64,000 nucleotides of DNA, taken from NCBI RefSeq assembly GCF_018977255.1, contig NW_024704742.1, positions 71,674,001 through 71,738,000 on the forward strand, read 5' to 3'. Below are positions 25,910 through 40,071 of this stretch, piece by piece. Position 1 is the stretch's first letter. Each line of letters opens with the position of its first letter. Position numbers and translations under genes: made by a program. The stretch is from Callorhinchus milii. Lineage: Eukaryota. Under the pieces are notes generated by a model. The model was not told the DNA's origin and did no database searches. It worked only from the letters and a program-made list of their open reading frames with translations.

Positions 25910-27131
25910 CAGTCAGTGCCGCCTTCGACACTGTCAACTCCATCCTCATACACTTCCTCTCCTCCTTACTTAATCTTCGCGACCTGCCCTTGCCTGGTTC
26001 GATTCCTATCTCTCTCACAGTCTCCACTTTGTTAGCTCTAGCGGTTTCTCCTCCAGCCCCCGCATTGTCACGTCTGGCATCCCTCTGGGCTCTGTCCTTG
26101 GCCCTCTCCTCTTTAATATCTACATGCTCCCCCCTTGGTGACATCATCCGCAGACATGGGGTCAACTTCCACATGTATGCGGATGACACCCAACTCTATC
26201 TTTCTGCTTCCACCCTCAACTCCAGGACCTCTGCTGTCCTGACAGACTGCCTGTCGGACATCAAGTCCTGGATGAGAGCAAACTTCCTACAGTTGAATGT
26301 GAACAAGACTGAGGCCCTCCTGATTGGCTCACTCCAGCGCCTCAGCACCTCAGGCTCCGGCAGCATCAACCTCCATGGTTGCACACTTCAACTCACCGCC
26401 AGTCAGGAACCTCGGTGTCTTGTTCGACCCTCAACTGTCTTTTCTTCCCCAAATCCAAGCCATGATCCACTTTGCCTTCTCTCACCTCCGCAACATTGCC
26501 CGACTCCACCATTACCTTACCCCTCAGGCCGCTGAAACTCTTGTTCATGCCTTCATCACCTCCAGGCTCGGCTATGCAAATGCCCTGCTTGTCGGCCTTC
26601 CCAACTCCTCCCTCCACAGGCTGCAGATAATCCAGAACTCTGCAGCCCGTGTCCTCTCCAGCACCAAACTTCGTGACCCCATCTCCCCCATTCTCGCCTG
26701 ACTCCATTGGCTCCTTATCTTTCAGAGGATCCAGTTCAAAATCTTGGTCCTCACCTACAAAGCCCTCAATGGTCTCGCCCCACCCTATGTCTGTGACTTC
26801 CTAACCCCCTACCAACCCGCCCACTCCTTCCACTCAGCCGGCTCTGGCCTGCTCCACATTCCCCGACCCACCCGCCCCACCATTGGCGGGAGAGCCTTCA
26901 GCCACTCTGCTCCCAACCTCTGGATCTCCATCCCCCAATCACTCCGTCTCGACCCCTCCTTAGCCTTTCTCAAGTCCTGCCTCAAAACCCTCCTCTTTGA
27001 CCATGCCATCGGTCACCCCCCCTTCCCCTCCCCTCCCTTCTCCCCCCTGACCCCAGCTTGGATCTGAAATGCTGTACACTGTCCAACGTGAAAGACACTA
27101 TACAAATGTAATCCTGTTGTTGTTGTTGTTT
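25910..27131 (+). mobile_element. L2-clade LINE, 5'-truncated RT region to tail
   Basis: SAAFDTVN..FHMYADDTQLY..WMRANFLQLNVNKTE..AAETLVHAFITSRL..IIQNSAAR; (TTG)n tail. Confidence 0.9.
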
Positions 27132-27269
27132 TGGACCTGAGCTGGGGGTCAGGATTGGGGAGGGTGGAGGGCAGCGGGGAAGCAGGGTGATCAAAAACAC
27201 AGTCAAAGGGGAGGGTCTTGAGATGGGTGTTTAAAACAAGTAGCTTTTATATAGTGCCTTTCAACACCA

Positions 27270-30190
27270 ATAACAACAACAACTTGCATTTATATAGCGC
27301 CCTCCAAGCCGGGGGGAGGAAGACAGTGACCATAGGCAAGATTGAAGTGGAAGGCACAACTTGAAAATGGGGAAGGAGGGGGCAAGGCAAAGGGATTGAG
27401 GGAGAGAGTTCCGTAGGTTCAGCGCGTAGTGGCTGAATGAATGAAGGCTGATGGTGGAGGGGAGGATTCGATGAACAAGGAGGAGGCCGGAGCCAGTAGA
27501 GCGGAGATGGTGGGTAGTGCTGGGAGGAGAGAGGAGGTTGGAGGAATGGAGAGGGAGCCAAGGCATGGAGGGATTTAAACACTAGAGTGAGGATTTTGAG
27601 GTTGATCTGCTCTGTGACGGGAGCCAGTGGAATTTGACAAGAGCTGGTGTAATCGGGGTGTGGAGTTTAGTGCGGGTGAGAATGGGGACGGCGGAGTTCT
27701 GGATAAGTTGAATTTTGTGAATAGTGGAGGAGGGGAGACCAGCGAGGAGGGTGTTAGAGGAGTCCAGCCAAGAGGTGACGAATGCGTGGACAAGGGTTTC
27801 AACAGCTTGTGGAGTGAGGTATTTTCAGAGCTGGCAAAGTGGTGGAGGTGGAGACCAGATTTGGGGGAGGAAGAATAACTGGGGATCTAACCCGATGCCT
27901 AAGTTGCGCACGGTTCAGAAAGTTTTAAGGACAGATCGGGTAGGTTGAGGAGGTCCGAACTGCAGGACAGAAGACAAAGAGAATGGCTTTCATCTTGTTA
28001 ACGTTTAACTGCAAGAAGTTCATGCTCATCCAGGCCTTAATGTCTGTCAGACAAACTGTCAGAACATCATAGGACTGGGGGTCGCAGCTGGTGGAGGAGA
28101 CGTAGGATGAGGAGACAGAGGGAGCCCTGGCACAGATAGAGAGGACATCATTTGTGACTTTCACGAGCGCTGTCTCGGTAGTCTATTAGTAGGGTGCAAA
28201 CTGGACTAGAGGGGTTCAAGTAGGGAGTGGAGGGAGAGGTGTGCGTGAAGTTGGTTGGCAACAACACATTCCAAAGCTTTGGCCAGGAAGGGCAGGTTTG
28301 AGATAGGGTGGTAGTGGCCAAGGTTGGAGGGATCAAGGGTAGGTTTTTTAAGGAGGGGGGCTGATGACAACGGTTTTCAGGGGGAGTGGGACTGTTACTG
28401 AGGAGAGGGAATGATTAATGGTGTCTGCCAGCAGTGGGCAAAGGTGGGGGAGTTGGATGATTAGCGGTTGGGTGGGGAGGGGGTTGAGGCAGCAGGCGAT
28501 GGGTTTCATTAGGGTGATGGAGGATGAGAGGAAGGAAGAAGAGATGGGGGCAAAGGAACGCAGGATGGGGTCCGGGGGTAGGAGCTGAGGGGCAGGTGGG
28601 TGAAGGAGATGGAATGCGATAGGTGGGGGTGGTAGGGGACATGGGGCAGAAGGATGAGGCTGCCAGGTGGATGTTTTCTATTTTAGAGATAAGGAGGTCC
28701 ATGCCTTTTTCACACTTGGTGTTTGATGTGATGAGTGATGGTGCTTGAGGGTATACGTGGAGGAGGTGGTGGGTGGTGGAGAATAGGATTTTGGAGTTAT
28801 TTTTGGCCTCCAGAATGATCTTTGAGTAATACGCAGTTTTTGCTTGCGAGAGGGATGGGGGATAGGTGTGAAGGTGCTCAAACCACTGTTGGTGGTGAAT
28901 CGTGAGGCTGTTTTTCTGACATCAGCGCTCGAGCAACTGGGTTTGTGATTTTAGGGAGCGGCGATGCCTCTTGTACCAGGGGGAGCCGGTAGGTTTGGAG
29001 ACGGTCCTGGATTTCAGGGGGACAAGGGAGTTGAAGGTGGAGGAGAGGCAATCATGGAGCCGCTTGACAGTTGCAACAGGGTCGCTGTGGGTGGAAGGCC
29101 AGAGGGAGAGGAGGTCTGAGGATGAGAGGGCATATGTGAGGGTCTTGGGGGGATGCCTTTTCCATGGATGGAAAAAGATGGTGGCGGACTTGATGGAGGA
29201 GAGAGGAATGCGAGAGGAGAGGAAGATGAGGAAATGGTCTGAGGTGGCCTTGTCTGTGATGGACAGACATCTAAACCATGGGTGATAACAAGGTCCAGGG
29301 GATGGCCATGGCTTGGGGATGGGGAGTTTATATGGAGGGCGAGATTTAGGGTGGAGAGTAGTGTAGTGAGGTCAGAGGAAGTGGGGCAGGAGGAGTTGAG
29401 ATGAAGGTTGAAATCGCCCATGATAAGCAGGTGTTCAGGGCAGGGGGACAGGGATGAAAGGAGAGAGGAGATGGAGTGAGAAAGGAGCCAGGAGGTTTGA
29501 GGGGACGGTACACAAGGAGGATTTTGAAGGAGAAAGAGGAGGGATGGTAGAGGGTGAGGTGCCGCAAAGACGGAAAACAGCCAGAGGAATAGGGGATTGG
29601 TTAAGGGTGGTTTGGGAGAGAGGGCCACCCCACCGCCGCAACGATTGGGCCGGGGTGTGTGGTGGATTGTATAGCCAGGGGCGGGAGGCTTTGATGAGGG
29701 GGATGGGTTTGCCGGGTGACAGCCAGGTTTCCGTGAGCCCTAGGATGTCAATTTGCTCATCCAGGATCAGGTCGTGGATGGCGAGGGCTTTGTTTGAGAG
29801 GGAGCGGACATTTTGGAGGGCGATGCGGATGGGGGCGCTGATGGGATTGGATGCTGGGAGAGGGTTTTGGGGGGAGGGTTGTAGATTGTGGGGGGAGATT
29901 AACCTTGGGGTTTGAGGGGAGAGGAGAGTTGTGAAGGGTGTGGATGTGGATGAGGGAAGGGTTTGGCTTATGGATGCGTGGGAGGGTCTTGCGTAATGAG
30001 TGGGTGATGGGCAATCAGTGTGGTTGCTCTGCGACAACCAACACATGCCGCAACGAGCATGGTGGAGGATGCCTAAATTGGAGCAGAGGGAGGTAGTGGA
30101 TGAGTTCAAGAGAGAGAGAAGCCGAGGAGGGCGATAGGAGAGGAGAACAGAGGTCACAAAGCGAGGGGCGGGGAGTAGAGTTTGGGGCAT
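27270..30190 (-). mobile_element. Long degenerate L2-clade LINE (APE endonuclease, partial RT, tail)
   Basis: IALQNVRSLSNKALAIHDLILDEQIDILGLTETWL and LLIMGDFNLHLN..GHPLDLVIT endonuclease motifs; downstream KVTNDVL..WMSMNFLQLNVNK RT pieces; frameshifts and deletions. Confidence 0.88.
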
Positions 30191-33100
30191 TTGTGGGGTG
30201 GGGGGGCAACTCTGGGGGACATGTCACGTTAGGAGGACATCCCAAATTTGTTTTCGTACAAAATATACAGTCACTGCACTTTGCAGTGAACTCAGTGAAG
30301 CATGAAAGGTGGTGTGCTAAATGTAAGGAATAGTGTTATTGCTGTGTTATTATTTTCAGAAGAGATCTTATGTCAGCTAGAGCTGACAGCTAGAGGCAAG
30401 TTCCAGTCATTTCTCACTCATTGTTTGAGGAAACAATAGTAATTACTAGGTGTTGTGAGTTCCAGGAAACTCCCCACTCACCTATGTGTTATTAGACGGA
30501 CGGTATTTGCTGGCATTTATCAAATGCCTCCACTGCTGAAATGCATTGTCCTTTACCCCTTGGTGTGTCTCACTCCAGGGAGGTGGTGCATTTCTCACCT
30601 GTTTTCTCGCTTGCACTGTTCAGCGATACGATTGTGACAAGAGCTCGTTCAAGTAGGCATCTACCCTTTTTACCGTACCCGTAATGTCTTGAAGGCTGGC
30701 TCAGAGAATTGTTGTCAAGTGTAGTGACTGTATTTCTAAAAGGACACAGCAGACAATTTACACAAAACAAGGTGCAGGCAGCTAACCAAACAATTCTCTC
30801 CGGTCTGGTGTTGTAAGGCTAATAATAGTACAAAAATAATAAGCCTTCCATTTGATATACCACATAATATACAGTTAATTCACTTTGCAGTAAATTCTGT
30901 GAAGTGCTTTGAGACGTCTTGAAGATATGATAAAGCGCTATATCAAATGCAAGGATTATTATTATTGGGCCTTATCACGTCATCGAGACATCACAGGATA
31001 TATTATAAAGTGGATTGACTGTGTATTTTGTGGACAATATATGAGGGAGAGGGGAAAAGAAAGGTGTAGGAGAGGGTAATAGAGGGGTGTAGGAAAGGGG
31101 AATAGAGGGGTGTAGGAGAGGGGAATAGAGGGATGTAGGCTCATGCAGAGTACGAATACCAGCACAGACAAATTTGGTTGAAAGGCCTTATGCTGTATCA
31201 GTCTATGTGACTCTGTGTGACCTCGACCACCCTTCCTGGTCATCTCATTCCCAGCCTTCAATTCCCCCTATGTATAAAAGAATACTTCCTGGTTTCTGTC
31301 TTGAAATTACCCCTCACACCCCAAACCCTGTGTCCTCTTGTGCCACTGCCCTGGCGTATCTGAGAGCATTGCTCTGTATTTATTCTCTCAATCCCATTTA
31401 ACATTTTATATAAACCTCTATTAGGTCTCCTCTGAAACATCTCCTTTCTAGACTGAAGAGACTGAGCTTGTCTCATTGTTTCTCACAGCTCATCCCTCAA
31501 ACATTATAATCAGCCTCGTCGATCTCTGTCTCTAACATTGTGATCAGCTTCGCTACTCTCTTCTGTCTCTAATACTGGGAATCAGACTCGCTGCTCTCCT
31601 CTGTCTCTAACAACAACAACAACAAAATTACATTTGTAAAGCCCATTTCACACGTCCCAAGGCGCTGGACAGACAGAGTTACGGACCCGAACGTGGGTCG
31701 GGGTGGGGGAGGATGGAGGGCAGGGGGAGAAGCAGGGAGATTGAAAGCATGGTCGATAAGGAGGGTCTTGAGATGGGTCTTGAAATTGGCAAGGGAGGGA
31801 CGTGTGGCGGAGGAACTGAGGGATGGAGTTCCAAAGGGTGGGGGCAGAGTGGCAGAAGGCCTGCCCACCAATAGTAATAACAATAATAATAATCCTTGCA
31901 TTTGATATAGCGCTTTTCATGTCTTCTTGACGTCTCAAAGCGCTTCACAGAATAAACTGTAAAGTGAATTGACTGTATATTTTGTGGGCAAAACATGGCA
32001 ACCAATTGCGCACAGCAGTGTCCCACAAATAGTCATGGATTGAAGTGACAAATTTTTTTTTGAAGGATTATCAGGCATGTGAAGTAAGGAAACTTGCCCA
32101 AGGTTTTGCTGGGAATCGAACCCAGGTCTCTCACTCACAAGGTGAGTGCTCTAACCACTGGGATGAGCAAGGCAGGGGACGTGAAGCAGGCCAGAGCCCG
32201 CTGAGCGGAGGGAGCGAGCAGGATGGTAGGGGGTTAGGAGATCGCAGAAGTAGAGGGAGCAAGACTGTAGAGAGCTTTGAAGGTCAGGACCAGGATCTTG
32301 AACTACATCCGCTGTGTGAAGAGAAGCCAGTGGAGTTCAGCGAGGATGGGGCTGATAGGGTCATGGAGCCTGGTGTCGGAGAGGAAATGGGCTGCAGAGT
32401 TCTGGATGATCTGCAGCCTATGGAGGGAGGAGTTGGGGAGGCCGACAAGCAACGAGATAGAATGTGAGAGAGAGAGTGAGCGAAATAGAGAGATATAGAA
32501 AGTGTATATAAGAGAGAGAAACAGAGAGAGAGAGATGGAGAGCACATGCAAGAAACAGAGAGAGAGGGAGTGTGTGATAGAGAAAGAGGGAAAAAAAAGA
32601 AAGAGAGAGAAACATAGAGTGAGAGAGTGAATGAGATAGAGAGGACTGATATTTTTACAGTACACGGAGTTACTATCTAGTGACTATTCCGGCAGACAAT
32701 GAGCATATAACAAGATGTCACAAACAGGTGTGAAGTGAACAAATGATTTTATAATTTCAGAGTTGATCTGGGGATGGTTGGCCAGGAGACCGGGAGAGAG
32801 AAAGGGGATGTTTAACGTCCACCTGCACGGAGCACAAACTGGGACCTCGGTTTAATGTCTCACCCAAAGGACGACGCCTCCGACAATGCCACAGCCCCCC
32901 AGCACTGCACTGGAGCGTCAGCCTAGACTGTGAGCTCAGCGTCTCCGATCTGGGGCTCAAACTCTAACCTCCTGACCTGGAGGTCGGGCGTTGTGAATCA
33001 GGCTGTGTTAGGCTGCATGTGACTCACTGTCCACTATGGAGGTTGATCTCTAGGTGTTGGTGACACACTTAACCACAGGCTACCCCGTCTCCGCCCTTCC

Positions 33101-34344
33101 CTAACACAGCGAGGTGTGGCCCACCTGCCTTGGGTGCTGTGAGACATTTGTGGTTTTAGCTTTGTCTGTTCACATGATGATGGCACGCTTTGCAGATTGC
33201 TAGTCTATTCCAGGGGACAGCGAAAACAGCCCAGAAATCAGGAGCTCGAATCCCTGCTACACCGCATTGTGGGAGGCACCATTATTCAGATGAGATGTTA
33301 AAGCGACGTTAAAGATGTTAAATGCTGCAATTTACAGTAAATCAGTCCCTCGCCTAAGTTTGATTCCCGGGTAGGGCAATTGCCTCTGTTTACTTAGCAG
33401 TAAGTAGGAACCCAGTTGTTAGTCGATTGACGAATCACTTTCTGGCTTCAATGCTTCAAAAAAATTGGTCACTCAATTCACGACTGTTTGTAGAATACTG
33501 CTGTGCACTTTGGCTGCCGCATTTCATCACAAAATATACAGTCACTACACTTTACAATATATTCTGTGAAGCACTTTCAGACGACAACAACTTGCATTTA
33601 TATACAGGGTAGCGTCCCAGAGAGCTTGATCGTGGCAGAGAACGAAACTGAGCTTGGGGTAGTGGAGAGGTAGTCATAAGCACGGTTGAAGAGGAAGGTC
33701 TTCAGGCGCGACCTGAAAATGGGTAAGAAGAGGGTAAGGCGGAGGGATAGAGGAAGAGAGTGATAAGGCGCTATATCATATGCAGGGATTATTATTATTA
33801 ATATTAAACCCTGTGAAGTGCTTTGAGATGTCCTCCCAGTGTGAGAAGGGTTGTATCAGGTGTAAGGAAGATTGGTGTTTGTTATGTAACGAGTCTCTGG
33901 CTGTGTGTGTGATATTGCTTGCCTCGCCACGGGTTACTGGTGTCTAAATTGGGCCCGGGTGAAAAGGCCGTCCCACCGAGTGTCAGCTCCATCCAGACGT
34001 GTTGCTAGAAATCTCCATAAGCAACTCACGCACGCTGACTGTTGATGTCTCACAGAGCAATCTCTCAGTATGGCTTCTGTTTACGTTTCCTGTCTACAGT
34101 TTCCAGTTCAGAATCAGCCTGGTTCAGCCGCTTGTGATCAACCCTCGAGGTCAGGAGTTTGTGGGTTTCAAGCCCCCCCCCCCCCCCTCCGCATACACAC
34201 GCACATCAAGCCTTATCATGTCGTTGAGATATCTCAAAGCGCTTCACAGATTATACTGTTAAATGGATTGACTGTATTTTGTGGGTGAAACACAGCAGCC
34301 AATTGCTCACAAACAGTCGTGGATTGAGTGCCCAAATTTTTTAA

Positions 34345-35262
34345 AAAACAACAAAAACTTGCACTTATATAGCACCCTCCATGCAGGGTAGCGTCTCAGA
34401 GCACTTAACACTGGCGGAGCCTGACTCCGAGCCGGTGGGTGGCGGGGGGTGGGAGAGGTGGCCGTAAACACGGTTGAAGAGGCAAGTTTTCAGGTGGGTG
34501 TTGAAAGAGGGGAGAGAGGGGGCAAGGCAGAGGAATTGAGGGAGAATGTTCCAGAGTTTTGGGGCGTAGTGGCTGACCTCTGGTGGTGGAGCAGATGGTG
34601 CGAGGGACGAGCAGGAGGCCAGTCCCAGTTGAGTGGAGGCGCCAGGTAGTGGATTGGGGAGTGAGGAGGTCGGAGAGGTAGGGAGATACCAGGGAGTGAA
34701 TGGATTTAAATGTGAGTGTGAGGATCATCAACCCATTTGGTGATGGAGCCAGTGGAGCCTGGCCGAAACTGGTGAGATGTGGGTACGGAGTTTGGTCCAG
34801 GTCAGTATGCGGGCAACAGAGTTTGAATGAGCTGGATTTTGTGAATAGTGGACCTGGGGAGACCGGTGAAGAGTGCATTTGAGTAATCCAGGCGGGATTT
34901 ACAAATGTGTGCACGAGGGTTTTGGCTGCATTTAGGGAAAGGTACGGTCGGAGGCAGGCAATGTGGCGGGGGTGAAGGACAGCGGTCCTGGTCAGGGACC
35001 GGATGTGGGGAGGAAGGACAACTGGGGGTCGAACTGGATGCCTAGATTGCTCACTTGTTCAGGGAGGTTGAGGCGTTTAGATCTGCAGAAGTGAAGTTTA
35101 CAGGAAGTTTGCCCTCATCCAGGCCTTGATGTCTGCCAGATGAGCTGATAGAACATTAGTGAACCTGGAGTCAGTACTGGAGGAGGCAAAGTAGATTTGT
35201 GTGATATCTGCATACATGTGGAACTTTACCCCATGTCCGTGGATGACATCGTCCAGAGGGAG
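34345..35262 (-). mobile_element. L2-clade LINE 3' fragment
   Basis: HGVKFHMYADITQIYF..WMRANFL; same subfamily as 9075-10228. Confidence 0.82.
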
Positions 35263-38200
35263 CATTTTTTTTAAGGGGTTATTACCCTGGAAAGTGAGCC
35301 ACCAATCAACTAACACGAGTTCCTACTTAGTGCTACGCAAGCGGAGGCATGTGGAGTAAAGAAACTTGCCTATGGTTTTGCCCTGCCCTGGAATTGAACC
35401 CGGGTTCTCTTGCTTGTGCGTCAAGCGCTCTTAGCACTACACTACAGGATGCCACAAATAGCGCTGCATTGTTAAAGGTGCCATCATTTCGATGAGATTT
35501 TAAACTGAGCTCGCGTCTGTGCCTCTTTAGGTGGATGTTAAAGATCCCGCGGTGCTATTGGAAAAGAGAAGGAAGTCTCCCCAGGTGGGCTAGGGTCATT
35601 CCGAACAGCAGGAATGGGATTAGAGTAGAGAGCCCCAGTGGAGGAGTGAGCAGCAGCACAGACACCTTGGGGAAAGAGCAGGGAATGGGATTAGAGTAGA
35701 GAGCTTCAGTGGGTGAGCGAGCATCAGCACAGACACGATGGACAGAGTCTGTAAGGCTGTGTGTGACTCACTGAGGAATGCCAGGTTGTGTAACAGGAGC
35801 TGGTCACCAGGAAGGGAAGCCCAAGAAGACAGATGTTTTTTGGCCAATGGTGTGAGTCGGTGTAGGCAGTGAGATTCTTCTGAGAAAGAGCTGGGGAATG
35901 TTTGCGTGGGGAGCTTAACTGAGAGACTCAGAATGTGGCTGTACACACACGCCTCTGGCTAATTATGTGCTCTCCTTCTTTCGTGTGAAGTGAGAGCGGC
36001 TGAGCCGGGCTGGTGAGGGAGCGGGCAGGATGACAGCAAGCCACAGGTATGTGAGCTATGAGGAAAGCCTCAGGAAGCCGGGTTTGTTGTGTTTGGCAGG
36101 AACCTCAGGGTTAGGGTTGACCTGGCTGAGAAATTCACCAAACCTACCTGCACTCATGTGCTCAACGCCCAGGCTTAGTGAGGGCAGAGCGAGGCATGCA
36201 AGGCTCCGTCCCCCATGAGGAGAGCCAGAGCAGACTGATGCCTCCTTCCCTCAGAGTAGAGAGGGAGGGCCTCCCACCCAGAGAGAGGCAGGCTTCAGGG
36301 TGACAAAGGTCCTTTGGCCATCAATTCACTTTACAGTAAATTTTATGAAGCACTTTGCGATGTCCCAACAGCATGATAAGGTGCTACATCAAATGCAAGG
36401 ATTATTTTTATTATTTATACAGCATGTTTCACAACGGGAGGACTTCCCTAGGCAATGGACAATGAGGTATTTGCACCCGAGCTGGGGGGTTGGGAACAGA
36501 GAGGGATGGAGGGCAGTGAGAGTTGGGGTAGAGGGGCGACTGAAGGCCCAGTCGAAAAGGAAGGTCTTGAAATGAGTCAGGAGGCAAGAGAGGGGGGGGT
36601 GAAACGGAGGGGCTCCGAGATGGAGTTCAAGAAGGTGGAGGCAGAGAGGCTCAAGGTCCAAACACGATAGTGGAGCAGGCAGGGTGGGGGTCGTGGAGCA
36701 GGCCTGCAGAACGGAGGGAGTGGACGGGTTAGTGAAGGAGGATTCAGCCCACCAGCCTGCTCCACAGGTAAAATCTGTTAATCCCATTTCCCTGCCTTTT
36801 CCTAGGCTCCTAAATCCTGCTTTACTGCCCAAATTTTTACACAGAAAACAACTCGATCTATTCTGCTGAGAAAGCGGAAGGGAGGAATCAGACAGGTGCA
36901 TAATAATAAGCCTTCCATTTGATACAGTGCCTTATCACATTGTTGAGTCGTCTCAATGCACCTCACAGGATGTACTGTAAAGTGGAGTGACCGTATATCT
37001 TGTGGGCGAAACACGGCAGCCGGTTGCGCACAATGTCCCACAAACAGCCATGGCGTGAGTGACCTATTTTATTTGGAGGAATTGTTGGCCAGGACACCAA
37101 GAGAGAGAAACTCCCTTCTTTTTTCAAATACTGCTGCGGGATCTTCAATGTCCACCTGAACAGGCAGACGGCGAGTTTAAAGTCTCATCTGAATGATGGC
37201 GCCTCTGACAATGCAACAACCCTCAGCACTGCATTGAGGCGTCAGCTTAGACTGTGTGTCATTCCAAGTCCCAATGTGGGGCTTGGAGCCACAACCTTCT
37301 GACTCAGAGGCTAGCGTGCTACCACTGCGCCAGGCTGACACAATGACTGAATGAGAAAAAGTGAAGTAGAGAGTTCAGGACAGGTTCAAACCTATAGCAT
37401 TGGCTGGCTGTGTGAGTGACACACGGGGCTTGTTGCAGACAGGAAGGAACTTCCCCATGTCTGAGTAACTGAGGAACTGGCATTCCAACAGGGCTGAGTA
37501 ACCAGGTAACCAGGGGCTTCCTATGAGCTATGGACGGCCAAGACATTTCCCGTCCACATATGCAGCCTGACACCTAATGTGACCCACCCATCCACTCAGC
37601 TGTGTTTGCACAGAACAAGGCGAACCTGGTACACAATCTTCATTCACCTCACTTCCCATCAAATCCCACAATGTCTTCCCGACATGAACAGGCACTGTGC
37701 CAAACGTAAGGCTTAATGCTGTTACAATATTAATCCTTAAACTTGATACAGCACCTTTTCACGTCATCGAAATGTCTTAAAGCACTTCGCAGGATTTGCT
37801 GTAAAGTGTAGCTACTGTGTGTTTTGTAAGTGAACGCATCAGCAAATTATGCACAGAAATATCCCACAAACAGGATCTCTGATCTGCCAATCACCTAACA
37901 ACTGAATTCCTACTTACTGCTAGGTAATCAGAGGTGTGTGGAGAAGGAAACTTGCCTAAGGTTTTGTCCCACCCAGGTCCTCTCGCTTGCGAGGCAAGCA
38001 CACTAACCACTATGGTACGGAACTCTACATTTGTCACGTTATCGAAACGTCTCAAACCCCTTCACAGGATTCATGTAGCGACTGTGTGTTTTATAGGCAA
38101 ATGCAGCAGCCAATTTGCTCACAGGGACATCCCACAAACAGTCATGGAGTGAATGACTGATTTTATCCTGGGGGAATTTAGCTAGGACTCCGGGAGAGAG

Positions 38201-39384
38201 AACCCCCCGCTCCCCCACTTCTCTTTTCAAATAACACCGTGGGATCTTTAACATCCACCTGAACAGGCACAGATGGGAGCTTAACAGCATCTCCAACAGT
38301 GCAGCGCTCTCTCCAGCACTGCACTGGAGCGTCAGCCAAACCTGTATGCTTCAAGTCCTGACGTGGGACAACACAGTGTGGTTTGACGCTGAGCTGGGAA
38401 GTGAGGGGAGGTGACTGAAAGCACATTCAATGAGTTAAGTCTTCAGGTGTTATTTGAAGATGGGAAAAGAGGGGACAAGACAGGGGCAAAGAGTTTCAGA
38501 GTGAAGTGGCTGAGAGCACGGCCGCTAATGGTGGAGCAGAGGGAACGAGGGATGTGCAGGAGGCCGGAGCCAGCCGAGCGGAGGCTGCTCAAATCACCTG
38601 CTTATTCCGCATGCCACCACCCACCACCTCCACTCGACTGGCTCCAGCCTCCTACCTGCCCTCATCCCCTCCATTCCACCATCGGTGGCCGTGCTTTCAG
38701 CTACTACACCCTGAAACTCCGGAACTTTCTCCCTCAATCCCTCTGCCTTGTCCTCTCCTTCCCCATTTTCAGATCGTGCCTGAAGACTTTCCTCTTCGAT
38801 CCTGCCGATGGTCCCCTCCTCCCTCCCATCCATCTCGGTGTCAGACTCCGCCTCTGTTAAGCGCTACCTTGCATGAAGGGCACCCTATAAATGCAAGTTG
38901 TTGTTATTGTGGAGTCCCCTAGCTCAGTGGTTAGCCCATTCACTTCGCAAGTGAGAGGACCTGGGTTCAATTCCTGGGGAGGACAAAACCTTAGGCAAGT
39001 TTCCTTACTCCACACACCTCTGTTTACCTTGCTGTAGTAGATTGACGGATGACTTTCTGGGGGTAATAATCCCTCAAGAAACAATTGATCACTCACTTCA
39101 TGGCTGTTTGTGGGACACTGTGCACAATTGGCTGTCGCATTTCTCCCACAAATTACACAGTCAATTAATTCACTTTACAATATATTCTTTGAAGTGCTTT
39201 GAGGCATCTCAGCGATGTGATAAGGCACTATTACAATTGCAAGGAGTATTATTGTTATTATTATCACGCCTTAAGATGTTCCTCTTTGACCGTGCTTCCA
39301 GTCACCTCCACCCCGGCACAGTGTCAGGCTCTGTCACTGTTAAGTGCTCAAAGACACTACCCTGTGTGAAGGGCGCTGTGTAAA

Positions 39385-40071
39385 CAACAACAACAACAAC
39401 AACAAGATTCCATTTATAAAGCACCTTTCACGTCAGGAGGACGTCCCAAGGCGCTGCACAGTTGGGTCAGGACCCGAGCAGGGGAAATGGTCAGGGTGAG
39501 GGGAGGGAAGGGAGGGAGCGAGGAGGGGGAAGAGAGTCGAGAGGGGAGCTGAAGGCTCGGTCAAAGAGAAAGGTTTTGAGACCGGCCTTGCAGGAGGAGA
39601 GGGAGGAAGCGGCGAAGGCACTGGGGGATGGAGTTCCAGAGCCTCGGGGCTGAGAGACTGAAGGCCCGGCCACCTTGATTAGGGCGGGGGACGTGGAGCA
39701 GACCGGAGCCGGAGGAACGGAGGGTATGGGCAGGTAGGTAGGGGGATAGTAGGTCAGAGAGGTAGGAGGGAGCAAGGCCGTGGATGGCCTTATAGGTGAG
39801 GATGAGGATCTTGAAATCAATCCTCTGGGGGATGGGGAGCCAGTGGAGGCGAGCGAGGGTGGGAGTGATGTGGTCGCGAAGCCTGGTGCGGGACAGTACA
39901 CGAGCTGCAGAGTTCTGAATGACCTGCAGTGTGGAGGGAGGGGCCGGGATGGCCGGCGAGGAGAGAGTTCCCATAGTCCAGCCTTGAGGTGACGAAGGCG
40001 TGGACCAGGGTTTCAGCAGCGTGAGGGGTGAGGTAGTGGACCAGGGTTTCAGCAGCGTGAGGGGTGAGGTA
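39385..40071 (-). mobile_element. Young 5'-truncated L2 insertion with 36-bp duplication at the 5' junction
   Basis: HYLTPHAAETLV repeated twice (40000-40071); VIQNSAARVL..LHWLPIPQRIDFKIL; (TTG)n tail; GTAAA at both flanks (39380-39384, 40072-40076). Confidence 0.88.
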
